Counted from the stretch's first letter, positions 47,636 to 57,380 are shown. The stretch: DNA of 64,000 nt from a virus (IMGVR_UViG_3300033146_004404:64001-128000), one strand, 5' to 3'. A program made the numbers and translations. The notes: a model not told the origin generated them from the sequence alone.

Positions 47636-48755
47636 ATATTTCCTTCACTTTTTCTAATGACTTGTAAAAGTTTTTAGCGCACTCTATACATAAATTTTCT
47701 TTAGAACTCACGTCCCAATTAGGAATGTATTCCCAATCCCATTCATTTCTTAGTCTATGCACTTCCATAGAGAAATTAATATTAGTTTGTATGTCTTCTA
47801 TTTCACTGTGACATTTAGTACAAGTCTTTTTATTTGCACTCTTTATAGGATATAAGTCTAACTTTTTAAAGTATTCAGCGTATTCTTTCCATACTCCAGC
47901 ACATCTATCATTAAATAAACATTCTATGCACTTATTAGACTTTACTTTCTCATTTAAATCATTAGAATTATAATCCTCACATATTCCATCAGCATCAAAA
48001 TTACCATTTCCTTTATTAGCAGGATCAAATCCTTTTCTATCACAACTATTCAATAAAACACTCATGTCTGAGTTTAGTACAATGTCTTGATAAGGATATA
48101 AATAACATATAGGTATTGCTTCAGTCTGGATTAAGTGAGCATAGTTCTTCAAGATGTCTTTGAGAATCGGTTCTAGCTCAGTTAACGAGCATAATACCAT
48201 ATCTCTATTATTCCATGCTTCTCCATTAGGATGAGGGTAAGTCATATTCATTTTTATCCCAGGAGATATTTTCTGTATGTAATCATAAGTCTCTTTTAAA
48301 TAAGGAGCATTCAATCTACTAATAACAGTCTGTGTAGTGCAATCAACATTATACTTCAACAGATTAATAAATCCCTTAATCGTTTTTATCCACATTCCTT
48401 CTTGTCTTACAATCTTATCATGGACATCTTCTCTATGAGAATGTATCGCTATCAATACAGAATCGAGATATTCACTACACTCTTTGGTGAATTGTTCGTT
48501 ATGGAACATAGCACCATTAGTCTGTAAGGAAGTCTTGTGTCCTGTATCTTTAGCGTATTTAAGAAGCTCTATAAAATCTTTTCTTATAGTTGCTTCTCCA
48601 CCTGTAAACCCTACAGAATTATCCAAAGGGATCTTATCTATAACTCTCTTAACTTCATCTGTAGTTAAATCATTTGTATCTCTCTTGTCCGCTACTACAC
48701 AGTGGATACAATCGTTATTACACTTGAATCCTACTTTTAAATCAAATCTACTCAT
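47628..48755 (-). CDS. radical SAM protein (HxsC-like) with fused C-terminal CxxC-x40-CxxC domain
   Basis: CNNDCIHC, TGGEAT, LQTNG, EAIPIC, CIEC...C.G; then CTKC...CIEC domain. HxsC likeness is from recollection of the family pattern. Confidence 0.8.
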   Translation of the reverse strand: MSRFDLKVGFKCNNDCIHCVVADKRDTNDLTTDEVKRVIDKIPLDNSVGFTGGEATIRKDFIELLKYAKDTGHKTSLQTNGAMFHNEQFTKECSEYLDSVLIAIHSHREDVHDKIVRQEGMWIKTIKGFINLLKYNVDCTTQTVISRLNAPYLKETYDYIQKISPGIKMNMTYPHPNGEAWNNRDMVLCSLTELEPILKDILKNYAHLIQTEAIPICYLYPYQDIVLNSDMSVLLNSCDRKGFDPANKGNGNFDADGICEDYNSNDLNEKVKSNKCIECLFNDRCAGVWKEYAEYFKKLDLYPIKSANKKTCTKCHSEIEDIQTNINFSMEVHRLRNEWDWEYIPNWDVSSKENLCIECAKNFYKSLEKVKEIYV

Positions 48756-48762
48756 AACCTAT

Positions 48763-49233
48763 TTATGTCATCATAATGAACATCGCAATCCGCTGCTCGC
48801 TTTTATCAAATTTACTAACAAGCGCTTTTCCCACCACTCGCCCAAAACCTATGTCATACCACCGTTTAACGGTGCATAGACCGTTCTTGCCTGCGATAAG
48901 GAGATCTCCTACTTTACAAGGTTCTGCTATCCTTACATTTACTCTACCTGCTAGCCCTATAGGAACCTTGTGACTCATATTGTCACTGCCTAGTACCATA
49001 CCATAGGTGTCACTATAGACACCTATAACTTTCCTATCTCCACGCTTAGTGCAACGTGTAGCGCCATTTGCGCCTTGAACGATGACATCGCCTGGAATCA
49101 TCAATCGATTATCGAGATTGACTGGAAAGAATTCAGCATAATCATTCCACATCGCACCATAAACTCTATTAGCGGTTAGAGCACCACCTACAATCAAATT
49201 ACCATAAACTGAACTATTACCTAAGACAGCCAT
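48763..49233 (-). CDS. short fibre protein with intramolecular-chaperone/peptidase G2-like autocleavage domain
   Basis: DYAEFF then GDVIV...VIGVYSD...VPIGLAGRVNVR...GDLL...VVGKAL. Confidence 0.7.
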   Translation of the reverse strand: MAVLGNSSVYGNLIVGGALTANRVYGAMWNDYAEFFPVNLDNRLMIPGDVIVQGANGATRCTKRGDRKVIGVYSDTYGMVLGSDNMSHKVPIGLAGRVNVRIAEPCKVGDLLIAGKNGLCTVKRWYDIGFGRVVGKALVSKFDKSEQRIAMFIMMT

Positions 49234-49234
49234 A

Positions 49235-51430
49235 TTATTCCTCCATTAATTCCCCAGCGAGGAAGATACCGTGTTTTGATATCTCCATAGCCTTGGGAAT
49301 ACTATTGTGCATTATGTCCAAATTATCTTCTAGTGAGATATACCTATCATAAATTCTTACATCATCTAAAAATCCATCAATCATTCTTGTGAAATATTGT
49401 GTGGTTAATGTAGGCTCCATTATATCTTCTTCTTTACTAGCAGCTTCTACTAGAAGATTTCCATCATGATAGATAGCCATAACTCCACTCCCAACATGTT
49501 TAGTGAAAGTCCAATGATGCCATGTATTTAATTGATTAGTTGTAGGATGGACAGCACTAACAGAATCAGATAATGAAATACCATCTGTTCCGCAAGTCCA
49601 TATTACATTACCGAAGTCACTAAACTTTATACCTGTATTGTCAAAACCATTAGTTGAAGTTTCAAATGCAAAAGAAGTTGTAGATGACAATGAACTGAAT
49701 TTTGCCCATAATGATATAGTTAATCCATCTACATAAGAAGGTATCAGTTCAACATCATCAGCAGCAAGATATTCTGTATCACTGAATGACTGAAGTGCTT
49801 TGTTAAATATTCCAGTTGTAAATCCCATACCTTGACCTGTAGAATCTATATTAGATACTCTACCCATCTCATCATTTAAGTTTGAGTTATCGAAATGCCA
49901 ATAAGAAATTAAACCTCTTGAAGTTACCCCCATTGGTTTTCTTCCGTAGTTTAGTTTAGCTGTAAGATCTGTCTTAATACCTTTATATAATCTTACGTCG
50001 GAGATATAACCATCGAAAGCAACTTCAGGATCTGTTATGTCATCAGACCCTATACTGAAAGAACCTGTCTCAGTCTTATAAGTTCCATCCCATTGATCGT
50101 TCTCATTATCTAATTCTCCATTAAGATATATTTGCATTACTCCATCTTGAGAGTTAAATATACATAACAGATGATGCCAATAATTTAATTGAATAGCGTT
50201 ATTAGAATACAGAGCAGTAGTATCACCTATTACATCATTATTTCTCATAAGAACATTTCCTGTATTTGCTACAACAATAGAGAATCCACTACTATTATAA
50301 TTACCTCCAAACATCTGTCCACTAGAAGTAATTGATCTGCAATAAAACCAAAGAGATACTGTATAAGAATATTTCAGGAAGTTTCTAAATCCTGATAAAC
50401 GAATTATTTCTTCTGCTGGATCTCCGCCAAACTCAACTGCAGATTTTCCTGTAATACTTTTAACTCTATTTAAATTAGTAGCAACTCCAAGAGCTGTTTC
50501 TGTACCATGAACTCCATTACCTGAATAATCCTTTGAGTCTTTATCAAGAGGCCAATAACCTATTATGTTTTCCATATCGCCTAATTCAGAGAACTGAGTG
50601 CATTCAATTTTGTTTTGTTGAAAAGATGGTGTTGTAACATATTCTATATCAGATACTTCTTCTAGTTCTGCATCGAGATGAGACTTGTTACCGCCTGAAT
50701 AAGTTGATCTATCATCGAATGTTGTTGAATCGTATCCATCTAATAATTCTTGTATAGAAGGTTCAGTACCATCCATTTTATCGAATCTAGGATAAACCAT
50801 CCATTGACGTTCTGAGGTATGGGTTGTATAATATAAATAACATCTATGATGTGAATATTCTATTGTAGAATTCCATATCCAGTCATGAACTATAGAATTA
50901 GTACTATATCTTCCATGCCTTGTGTAGATACCAGTGTCAAAATGCTCATCCCCTCCGGTACTTGTTCCTTCTTGCCATACATGGCCAACGAACAGATACC
51001 ATTCCTCGGGTTCTATTTTTGGATCACCACCATAGAAGTATGGGTTAGTAGAATTAGCACCATCGAACTTTCTTATAATACTAATGTTAGTATTGATATG
51101 GTCATATCCGTGAGTGCCGACATAAAAATTACCTAGACCTATAACGCTCTTTTTTACCCAAACAGAGAATCTATACATACTTTCTCTGTCGATAGGGAAA
51201 TTACTTCCATTCCATCCGCCATCAGAATTTGAAACAGCATCAGGTCTACATTCCCATAGAGGAACTTCTTTATCCCATGGATCTAATCCTAGAACTATAG
51301 CGTTTTCAGCAGTAGCTCCATTCATTGGAAATTCAGGTTGAGATCCAGTAGTTCCAGCAACCCATGTTTGATAATTTATTATATTTGAAGTAGGTCTATA
51401 AATATCTTTTGTTTCTTTTAATTCAACCAT
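49235..51430 (-). CDS. LamG/concanavalin-like lectin domain virion protein
   Basis: Two LamG-like domains (IIGYWPLD, WHHL, FDGYISDVRLY; LISYWHF, WHHWTF, GFLDDVRIY). Confidence 0.8.
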   Translation of the reverse strand: MVELKETKDIYRPTSNIINYQTWVAGTTGSQPEFPMNGATAENAIVLGLDPWDKEVPLWECRPDAVSNSDGGWNGSNFPIDRESMYRFSVWVKKSVIGLGNFYVGTHGYDHINTNISIIRKFDGANSTNPYFYGGDPKIEPEEWYLFVGHVWQEGTSTGGDEHFDTGIYTRHGRYSTNSIVHDWIWNSTIEYSHHRCYLYYTTHTSERQWMVYPRFDKMDGTEPSIQELLDGYDSTTFDDRSTYSGGNKSHLDAELEEVSDIEYVTTPSFQQNKIECTQFSELGDMENIIGYWPLDKDSKDYSGNGVHGTETALGVATNLNRVKSITGKSAVEFGGDPAEEIIRLSGFRNFLKYSYTVSLWFYCRSITSSGQMFGGNYNSSGFSIVVANTGNVLMRNNDVIGDTTALYSNNAIQLNYWHHLLCIFNSQDGVMQIYLNGELDNENDQWDGTYKTETGSFSIGSDDITDPEVAFDGYISDVRLYKGIKTDLTAKLNYGRKPMGVTSRGLISYWHFDNSNLNDEMGRVSNIDSTGQGMGFTTGIFNKALQSFSDTEYLAADDVELIPSYVDGLTISLWAKFSSLSSTTSFAFETSTNGFDNTGIKFSDFGNVIWTCGTDGISLSDSVSAVHPTTNQLNTWHHWTFTKHVGSGVMAIYHDGNLLVEAASKEEDIMEPTLTTQYFTRMIDGFLDDVRIYDRYISLEDNLDIMHNSIPKAMEISKHGIFLAGELMEE

Positions 51431-53763
51431 AAGTTACCGCCATTGTCTAATGAATATTTAGTAGCAAAAAGAGCCTTAACGTTTGTAGCGGACAATTCAC
51501 TTTGAAAAAACCTAACATCTTTAAGAGATCCATTTAAAAATCCAGAACTTGATCCATCACTTCCCATATACATATCTGAAGATATAGAACTTATTAAAGC
51601 ATTTGAATTAGTTGTCGAGCTACTCAATTCACCGTCTATATAAAATTTAGTTAAAGCAGATTCACTAACTGTGACAGTTACATGGTGCCATTCCAATGAG
51701 TCGAACCCTGCTGTACTTCTTACTGCTCCTGCGGCGCCTACTCTAATTAAATTAACTGATTCGGCTCCAGTTGTTTCTATACTAAACTTAAGGCCATTAG
51801 TTGATATATTAGAAAGTATATATTGCCCTGATGCACCTACTCCTGCAGAATCTTCTTCAAGATAAACCCAAGCAGCCATAGTGTAATCTCTTCCACCTAT
51901 GAAAGAGTACTCTTTCATTTTTAATGCTTGAGTACCATCAAAATTAAGGATATGATTAATGTTATCATAATTAGGAAGAGGATCTATGTCTGTAGTTAGA
52001 CTTCTAAATTTAACATCGTATAAACAACACTTTCCTGCTCCGTTCCCTCCATGGGAATGATTTGAAGTCGTTACCCACCAAGTAGCTCCTGCAGAATGCT
52101 CACCAGTATAAGTCTGTATTAATGATCCATTTTGATAAAAGAAAGTATCAGTTCCTGCTACTTTCACTTTAAATGTTGTTGGTGTAGTATGTACCCAAGT
52201 CGATGAAACAGTAGATGAATTAGCTGCATTGTAAGTATATACATTATTATTTGTATGTATATAAATTTTATGTAGGATATTTCCATAGCTATATCCTACA
52301 TCATTAGTTGTATCAAGACCTAACATATCAAGACCAAATCCAGAATCAAACACTGCAGTAAACTCAAGCTCACAATCTCCAGTAATTGAATACTTAGAAA
52401 CTATTCCTGAGTCCCACGAATTAGTCCTTCTTGTTTTATAGAACTTACCTACGTCCCACGTCATACCATATGTTCGGGTTGGATCTATTTCAAGTAGATC
52501 ATTATCTGGAACAAGAGATATATTATGATTTCCTGTAGAATCTGCTAAATGATAGTTTTCATTGAAGTTATTGTAACCTATAGTTGAAGTTCCAAACTTT
52601 CTTCTTTCTAATTTCATATCAGCAAAAACAAAGGAAACATAATCACGAAGAGAATTTACACCACAGGTATAACTGCCGTAATGGGTTTCTACCCATGTGT
52701 ATATACAATGTACTTGATACCAACTATCACCTAGATCTATTGCTGAAGTCTTTGTTAAACTATGTCTAAGAGAGCCGTTGTCAGTTATCCACCAACCTAT
52801 ATAAAAATCAGATAATGTTCCAGCTACAAGTTTTACTTTAAAACTCCAAGTCCAAGTTTCTCCTGCGATAAAAGGAGGTTTAAGACCACTATAATAGAGA
52901 TTAAAATCTCCATTAGTTCCATCGCCTCTCTCTAATAATACACCTTTACCATACTTAGTATCTCTTAAAGAAGAAGTAACAGCTGCACCACCAATACCCC
53001 AATTTTCCATACCATCTTCGAAGTTACCATTTACTAAATAATTAACTGTAGCTTCAGCTGTTGGAGTTTGCATAGAGTAATTGAATACTTCTTTCTTTGT
53101 TAGTTCTATGAATTGTTTATATGAAAGAGTTCCATCATAAACTCTTACATTTTGAAACTCACCTGTTCTCCAAGCATCGGTATCCCATCCATAACCACCA
53201 ATAGTTATATTATTTGCAAAAGGATATAAGTTAGTATCCCAGTCAACACCCTTACTTATTTCTTGATATCCTGATTCTTTAAAGAATCCTCTAAGTGTAA
53301 TTATATTATTATTGCATGATACTTCAATTAATTGCCAGTTCTGATAATCAGTTACTGTCAAATCTTCACTGAAATACATAGAAGGAGTAGATACTTTGTT
53401 TTGATAAAAAGTCAAACAAAACCTTGGAGTGGATGAGTTAGTTTGGTGACCGAACGTAATACTTGTTTGGTTATCTATATAGTAATTACCAAGTTCTAAG
53501 AAGTGATGTCTTGCTGATGTAGATACTATATTATCATAAGGAGGTTTTATCCAGAAGACAAAACTCCAATTATTATTATTTAAGTTTAAATCAAATCCAG
53601 TAGGAACTATTTTATAAGCTCCACCAGTTTCATTAACTTCATAAGCATTACAAGTAATTCCTTCTGCTGAAGAAGATAAACTTAAGTTTGAGGAAGAAGG
53701 AGATGCATCTCTTATTTGAGTATTTTCATTAGGAATTATTATATCTATTAGTGAAGCCATCAT
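51418..53763 (-). CDS. LamG/carbohydrate-binding multidomain virion protein
   Basis: FQNVRVY, NGNFEDG CBM-like unit, WHHVTVT...FYIDG...GSLKDVRFF. Confidence 0.75.
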   Translation of the reverse strand: MMASLIDIIIPNENTQIRDASPSSSNLSLSSSAEGITCNAYEVNETGGAYKIVPTGFDLNLNNNNWSFVFWIKPPYDNIVSTSARHHFLELGNYYIDNQTSITFGHQTNSSTPRFCLTFYQNKVSTPSMYFSEDLTVTDYQNWQLIEVSCNNNIITLRGFFKESGYQEISKGVDWDTNLYPFANNITIGGYGWDTDAWRTGEFQNVRVYDGTLSYKQFIELTKKEVFNYSMQTPTAEATVNYLVNGNFEDGMENWGIGGAAVTSSLRDTKYGKGVLLERGDGTNGDFNLYYSGLKPPFIAGETWTWSFKVKLVAGTLSDFYIGWWITDNGSLRHSLTKTSAIDLGDSWYQVHCIYTWVETHYGSYTCGVNSLRDYVSFVFADMKLERRKFGTSTIGYNNFNENYHLADSTGNHNISLVPDNDLLEIDPTRTYGMTWDVGKFYKTRRTNSWDSGIVSKYSITGDCELEFTAVFDSGFGLDMLGLDTTNDVGYSYGNILHKIYIHTNNNVYTYNAANSSTVSSTWVHTTPTTFKVKVAGTDTFFYQNGSLIQTYTGEHSAGATWWVTTSNHSHGGNGAGKCCLYDVKFRSLTTDIDPLPNYDNINHILNFDGTQALKMKEYSFIGGRDYTMAAWVYLEEDSAGVGASGQYILSNISTNGLKFSIETTGAESVNLIRVGAAGAVRSTAGFDSLEWHHVTVTVSESALTKFYIDGELSSSTTNSNALISSISSDMYMGSDGSSSGFLNGSLKDVRFFQSELSATNVKALFATKYSLDNGGNLWLN

Positions 53764-53770
53764 TCATCCT

Positions 53771-55195
53771 TTAAACGAAGATAAAGTCAAGCGATTTTGT
53801 TGTTGAGTTATACTCTATTTCAAAGTGGTTATCTTCATCTGCTGTTTTGCTATATATGGTCTTTCCTTTAAAAGTAGATTGAGTATTAACTGTTAAGTTG
53901 TCTGTAGTAATGTCAGCTACATTAATCGAGTCAATTGTGAATGTTCCATTTACAGTTAAGTCTTCTACTGTAACTAATACAGAGAATGTTGCTGAAGGAA
54001 CTGTGATCGTATCAGTTACATCATCATATTCAAATCCAGCCTCTGTTTTCATTAACAGATTAGTTCCATCCCAAAAAGCAATCCCTTTATTAGTGGGAGT
54101 AGCTTCTCTAGTAGCTACTGTCTGCAGTGAACCTTCTTCACCTATCATAAATGAATCAGTTGCTTCATCAAATATAAATTGATAATCAGGCAACAGTCCT
54201 CTGTCAACAGAGATACCAGCCGAGCCGGCTGTTACTCCAGAGACATCACTGAGGTTGTCGCCAAGGTTATTAATTATTAGGATGTTATCTTCTATCAATA
54301 CAGTTTCTGTATTAGCTATTATTTGTGTACCATTAACTGTTAGGTTTCCACCTACAATTAAGTCACCGTTAAATAGTTCTGTCTCTGCAGAATAAACGTG
54401 AGTATTATCTATACCAGATATATCAAGATCTAGATCAGTTATTTCGAATTGATTTATTTTAAAATGTCCTGCATGATCTGTCACTAGATTTATTATACCT
54501 ACTGAATTTAATGCCCAATAATAAACTCCAGTTTCTGTGACCTCTACAGTGCGCTCTAGATCGATCTTTGTTAAATCGTCTCCAATTGCATCTTCAAACA
54601 TTTTTGTCAGTGAGGGAGTTGTATACATCGCATGAAGCAATTCTACGCCTGTTGGATAACCAAGAGCTGTATCGTCATCATAATCAGTACCATTAGTATA
54701 TTCATAGATTTCCATATGATCATTAACAATTTTATGGATCTTTCCTTTGAAAGTATCTGTCACATAAGAGAACTTAATGTCTATAAACTCGTTATCAACT
54801 TCTGATGCTTGTATGTCAAGAATCTTATTTAGTTCTTGTACGCAAAGTTCGGTTGCTGGTTTATTACAATTAGCATATCCATTGAATGAAGCTATACCAG
54901 GAGTACATCTGGCATAATGTCTTGTTATATTATTTATGGTAAGGGAGACATAATCATCAGTAGTCATATCGAATTCATTACTGAAAGATGTTTGCATTAC
55001 ACCGCCGGCCCAGAACTTATCAACATTAATGCTTTCAAGCAGAGAGAGCATTTCTATATTGTCATTGAATATGTTTTTAATAGCGAGTGTATTATCTCCA
55101 TATTCAAGATACTGAGTTAGTCCATTGTATGTGTCTCTTTTATCCCAGTATTCTGAGTTGGCAACTGTGTCACCTTTACCAAAAACTTTAATCAT
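53771..55195 (-). CDS. virion structural (tail/fibre) protein
   Basis: GNLTVNGTQIIANT...EDNILIIN...GISVDRG module shared with 30984..33758; C-terminal beta-repeat. Confidence 0.7.
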   Translation of the reverse strand: MIKVFGKGDTVANSEYWDKRDTYNGLTQYLEYGDNTLAIKNIFNDNIEMLSLLESINVDKFWAGGVMQTSFSNEFDMTTDDYVSLTINNITRHYARCTPGIASFNGYANCNKPATELCVQELNKILDIQASEVDNEFIDIKFSYVTDTFKGKIHKIVNDHMEIYEYTNGTDYDDDTALGYPTGVELLHAMYTTPSLTKMFEDAIGDDLTKIDLERTVEVTETGVYYWALNSVGIINLVTDHAGHFKINQFEITDLDLDISGIDNTHVYSAETELFNGDLIVGGNLTVNGTQIIANTETVLIEDNILIINNLGDNLSDVSGVTAGSAGISVDRGLLPDYQFIFDEATDSFMIGEEGSLQTVATREATPTNKGIAFWDGTNLLMKTEAGFEYDDVTDTITVPSATFSVLVTVEDLTVNGTFTIDSINVADITTDNLTVNTQSTFKGKTIYSKTADEDNHFEIEYNSTTKSLDFIFV

Positions 55196-55209
55196 TACTT
55201 ATCCTTTTA

Positions 55210-55760
55210 TTATCTTGGTTCTACTTCATCAAACTTTTTCTTACTTAAATCAAGTAGAACTCTCTTAGCAGGTCTTGAATATTTATGTTTCTTGTATCCA
55301 AAGCCTAGTTTCCTTTCCTTAGAAACTTCCCTTCCTGCAATTGCTGCAGCAATTGCAGGACCTCCAAGTATAGGATTTAGTGCAGTTGCAGCAACTGCAC
55401 TAGCTACTAATGCAGTAGTTGTTTTTGTTTTATTCTTTTTGATTTTTTCTGCATCTTTCAGTATGTCTTCATATTTTTCTTGTAGGTCTGCATATGCAGC
55501 TTTAGCTTCAGCTTTAGAAAACACTTTTCTAGCTTTGGTTTCAGCTTTATTAAAAGCTACTTCTATAGTTTTTAATCTAGAAGGTAAGCTTTTAATTATT
55601 TTAAGAACTTCCTTATCTTTTTTCGATAAACTATCCTCTCCGTATTTTCAAACGCATCTATTCTAGCTCTTAAATCCTTAACCATGTGCGAAATTTTGCT
55701 GCCTTCATTTGCTTCATTGATATAAGCTGCTTTTCCCAGTACTTTGTCTTTCCAATTCAT
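55210..55760 (-). pseudogene. frameshifted gene (or -1 frameshift / sequencing error) of a putative internal head protein
   Basis: ATG 55760 with AGGAG RBS; adding one A to the A4 run at 55645-55648 joins MNWKDKV...AFE to KYGEDSLS... and the 55210..55524 ORF (183 aa). Confidence 0.6.
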
Positions 55761-55771
55761 TACCATTCTCC

Positions 55772-56185
55772 TTAAAAATTATCTTTATCTTGTTGTATTA
55801 ATTTATTATAGTTTGTTTTATGCCAAAAGACTTTCTGTTTATGTTTTATATTATGTATATGCTGTCGTTGATATCTTCTAACAAACTTAGCAACTTCAGG
55901 ATAGAAGTATTTCATTCTCTTCCATTTTTCTTGTTTATTAGCAGATAGAAGTCTAGCGAATCCATCTATATCATCTATTGCTGATGCAGCGTACTTTTTG
56001 TTCTTAAAATAATTAAGATTGAATCCAAGAAGATCTTCTCTTTGCCCATAGGTCTTTTGACCTTTTTGGCCTGGATATGAGAAGTCTAGAACTTTCACTA
56101 CAGGATGAGGATCTTCCTTAAAGTTTGAATATTTGAACTTAACCATATTAAGATCTTCTTTTAATAGTACGTCCTTTAACTTCAT
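55772..56185 (-). CDS. putative head-packaged protein, possibly T4 gp2-like DNA end protector
   Basis: MKLKDVLLKE leader; LLGFNLNY and RRYQRQHI recall gp2 GLNLHY / YL..HV. Confidence 0.4.
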   Translation of the reverse strand: MKLKDVLLKEDLNMVKFKYSNFKEDPHPVVKVLDFSYPGQKGQKTYGQREDLLGFNLNYFKNKKYAASAIDDIDGFARLLSANKQEKWKRMKYFYPEVAKFVRRYQRQHIHNIKHKQKVFWHKTNYNKLIQQDKDNF

Positions 56186-56209
56186 TATTTATTTCCTTTT
56201 TTCTTATTT

Positions 56210-56290
56210 TTAGTTATCTAAGTTATGTTTTGTCATAACTTCTTTCTTAGACATTTCAAGTAGATAATTGACTCTATTCTTTCAGTCCAT
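56210..56290 (-). pseudogene. nonsense-inactivated mini-gene remnant
   Basis: ATG GAC TGA AAG... = MD*KNRVNYLLE, with TGA where neighbours have Trp (MNWKDKV; VSWKENV). Confidence 0.45.
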
Positions 56291-56727
56291 TATTTATTCC
56301 TATTGTTTATTTTCTTCATTACCTTTTTAGTAACGCTGAAATGACTTATGATCTTTTTCTTTTTTTTGCGTTTCTTTTTTTTGTCATATGGTTCTGTATG
56401 TAAATCTGCTGCAACTCCTACATCAGTAGAAGTATTAGGTACTGATGTCATTTCATTCATTTTTTTCTCTCTTTTTTTTTCATTGTCTTTATCTAAAGCT
56501 TCATAAGCATCTTTGTCTTCATCTGCTCTTACAAACCTATTATATATTCTCTTTCTAAAAGTTCGTCCTTCTTTATCGTCATTAACGTTACTATAGATTT
56601 CACCGTACCAGTAACTAGCATCTTTCTCTGTATATCCAGAATAACCGTAAGGCTTTCTGTTTTTTAAATACCAAACTAGTTTTCCATCTATTAGTTTATT
56701 TGGCGTGTAGAAATCTATATTTTTCAT
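56290..56727 (-). CDS. hypothetical protein
   Basis: 145 aa, TAATG-coupled both sides. Confidence 0.65.
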   Translation of the reverse strand: MKNIDFYTPNKLIDGKLVWYLKNRKPYGYSGYTEKDASYWYGEIYSNVNDDKEGRTFRKRIYNRFVRADEDKDAYEALDKDNEKKREKKMNEMTSVPNTSTDVGVAADLHTEPYDKKKKRKKKKKIISHFSVTKKVMKKINNRNK

Positions 56728-57353
56728 TACTTATTTCCTTTTATGTATTCCTTGTAGATTGCTTTAACTTCATGGGATGGATCGTTCTTAGCACTCTTGT
56801 CGAACCTGCTAATGCTTTGTTTACCTGTCTTTGGGTCAAAAGAAGATAAGTAATAATATAACGCTCTAATGGCAGGGTATTTATCTCTCTTTGCGTCTTT
56901 ATCTAATCTTTTATCAACTTCAAATGTATCTTCATAGTATCTAAATCTTATGTCAGGAGACTCATCTTTCTTAGCTGCAGGTTTATTATATCCCTCCCGT
57001 TGATAATAATAATATCTAAACTCTTTATCTTTATGCTCTGCAAAAGCCTTATCCCTATTTTCTTCTGGAATACTATCAAAGAAATCATTAAATGCTTCAT
57101 AGTTAGCTTCACTTCTATTTTTTTCTTTTCTTTCTCTCTTGATGCTTTCTCTAAAATCTTTGTTTAGCAAATACTTAAGTCCATTCTTAGTATTGAGCTT
57201 AAGCACTCCAAATCTACTTTTTATATTATAGATATTTCCTGACCTAAATAGATCAGATAATCCTCCTGGATTGTTAAAAAATTCATTTAACTTTTCTTCA
57301 TTTATAACTGCGGCTCTTACCATAACATTCTCTTTCCAGCTTACATTCTTCAT
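56727..57353 (-). CDS. putative internal head protein
   Basis: Leader ...VINEEKLNE; 27 nt downstream of AGGTAAAGATAA motif. Confidence 0.6.
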   Translation of the reverse strand: MKNVSWKENVMVRAAVINEEKLNEFFNNPGGLSDLFRSGNIYNIKSRFGVLKLNTKNGLKYLLNKDFRESIKRERKEKNRSEANYEAFNDFFDSIPEENRDKAFAEHKDKEFRYYYYQREGYNKPAAKKDESPDIRFRYYEDTFEVDKRLDKDAKRDKYPAIRALYYYLSSFDPKTGKQSISRFDKSAKNDPSHEVKAIYKEYIKGNK

Positions 57354-57380
57354 TACTTATTTCCTTTTACATTATTAATA

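Noticed and set aside
23576-55195. Diversity-generating retroelement acting on fibre genes
   Set aside because: No reverse transcriptase in the window and no TR/VR pair with adenine-specific differences seen
56282-56284. TGA read as Trp (alternative genetic code)
   Set aside because: Trp is TGG in the genes inspected, TGA serves as stop in several ATGA overlaps, and code-11 coding density is already very high; a single nonsense mutation is simpler
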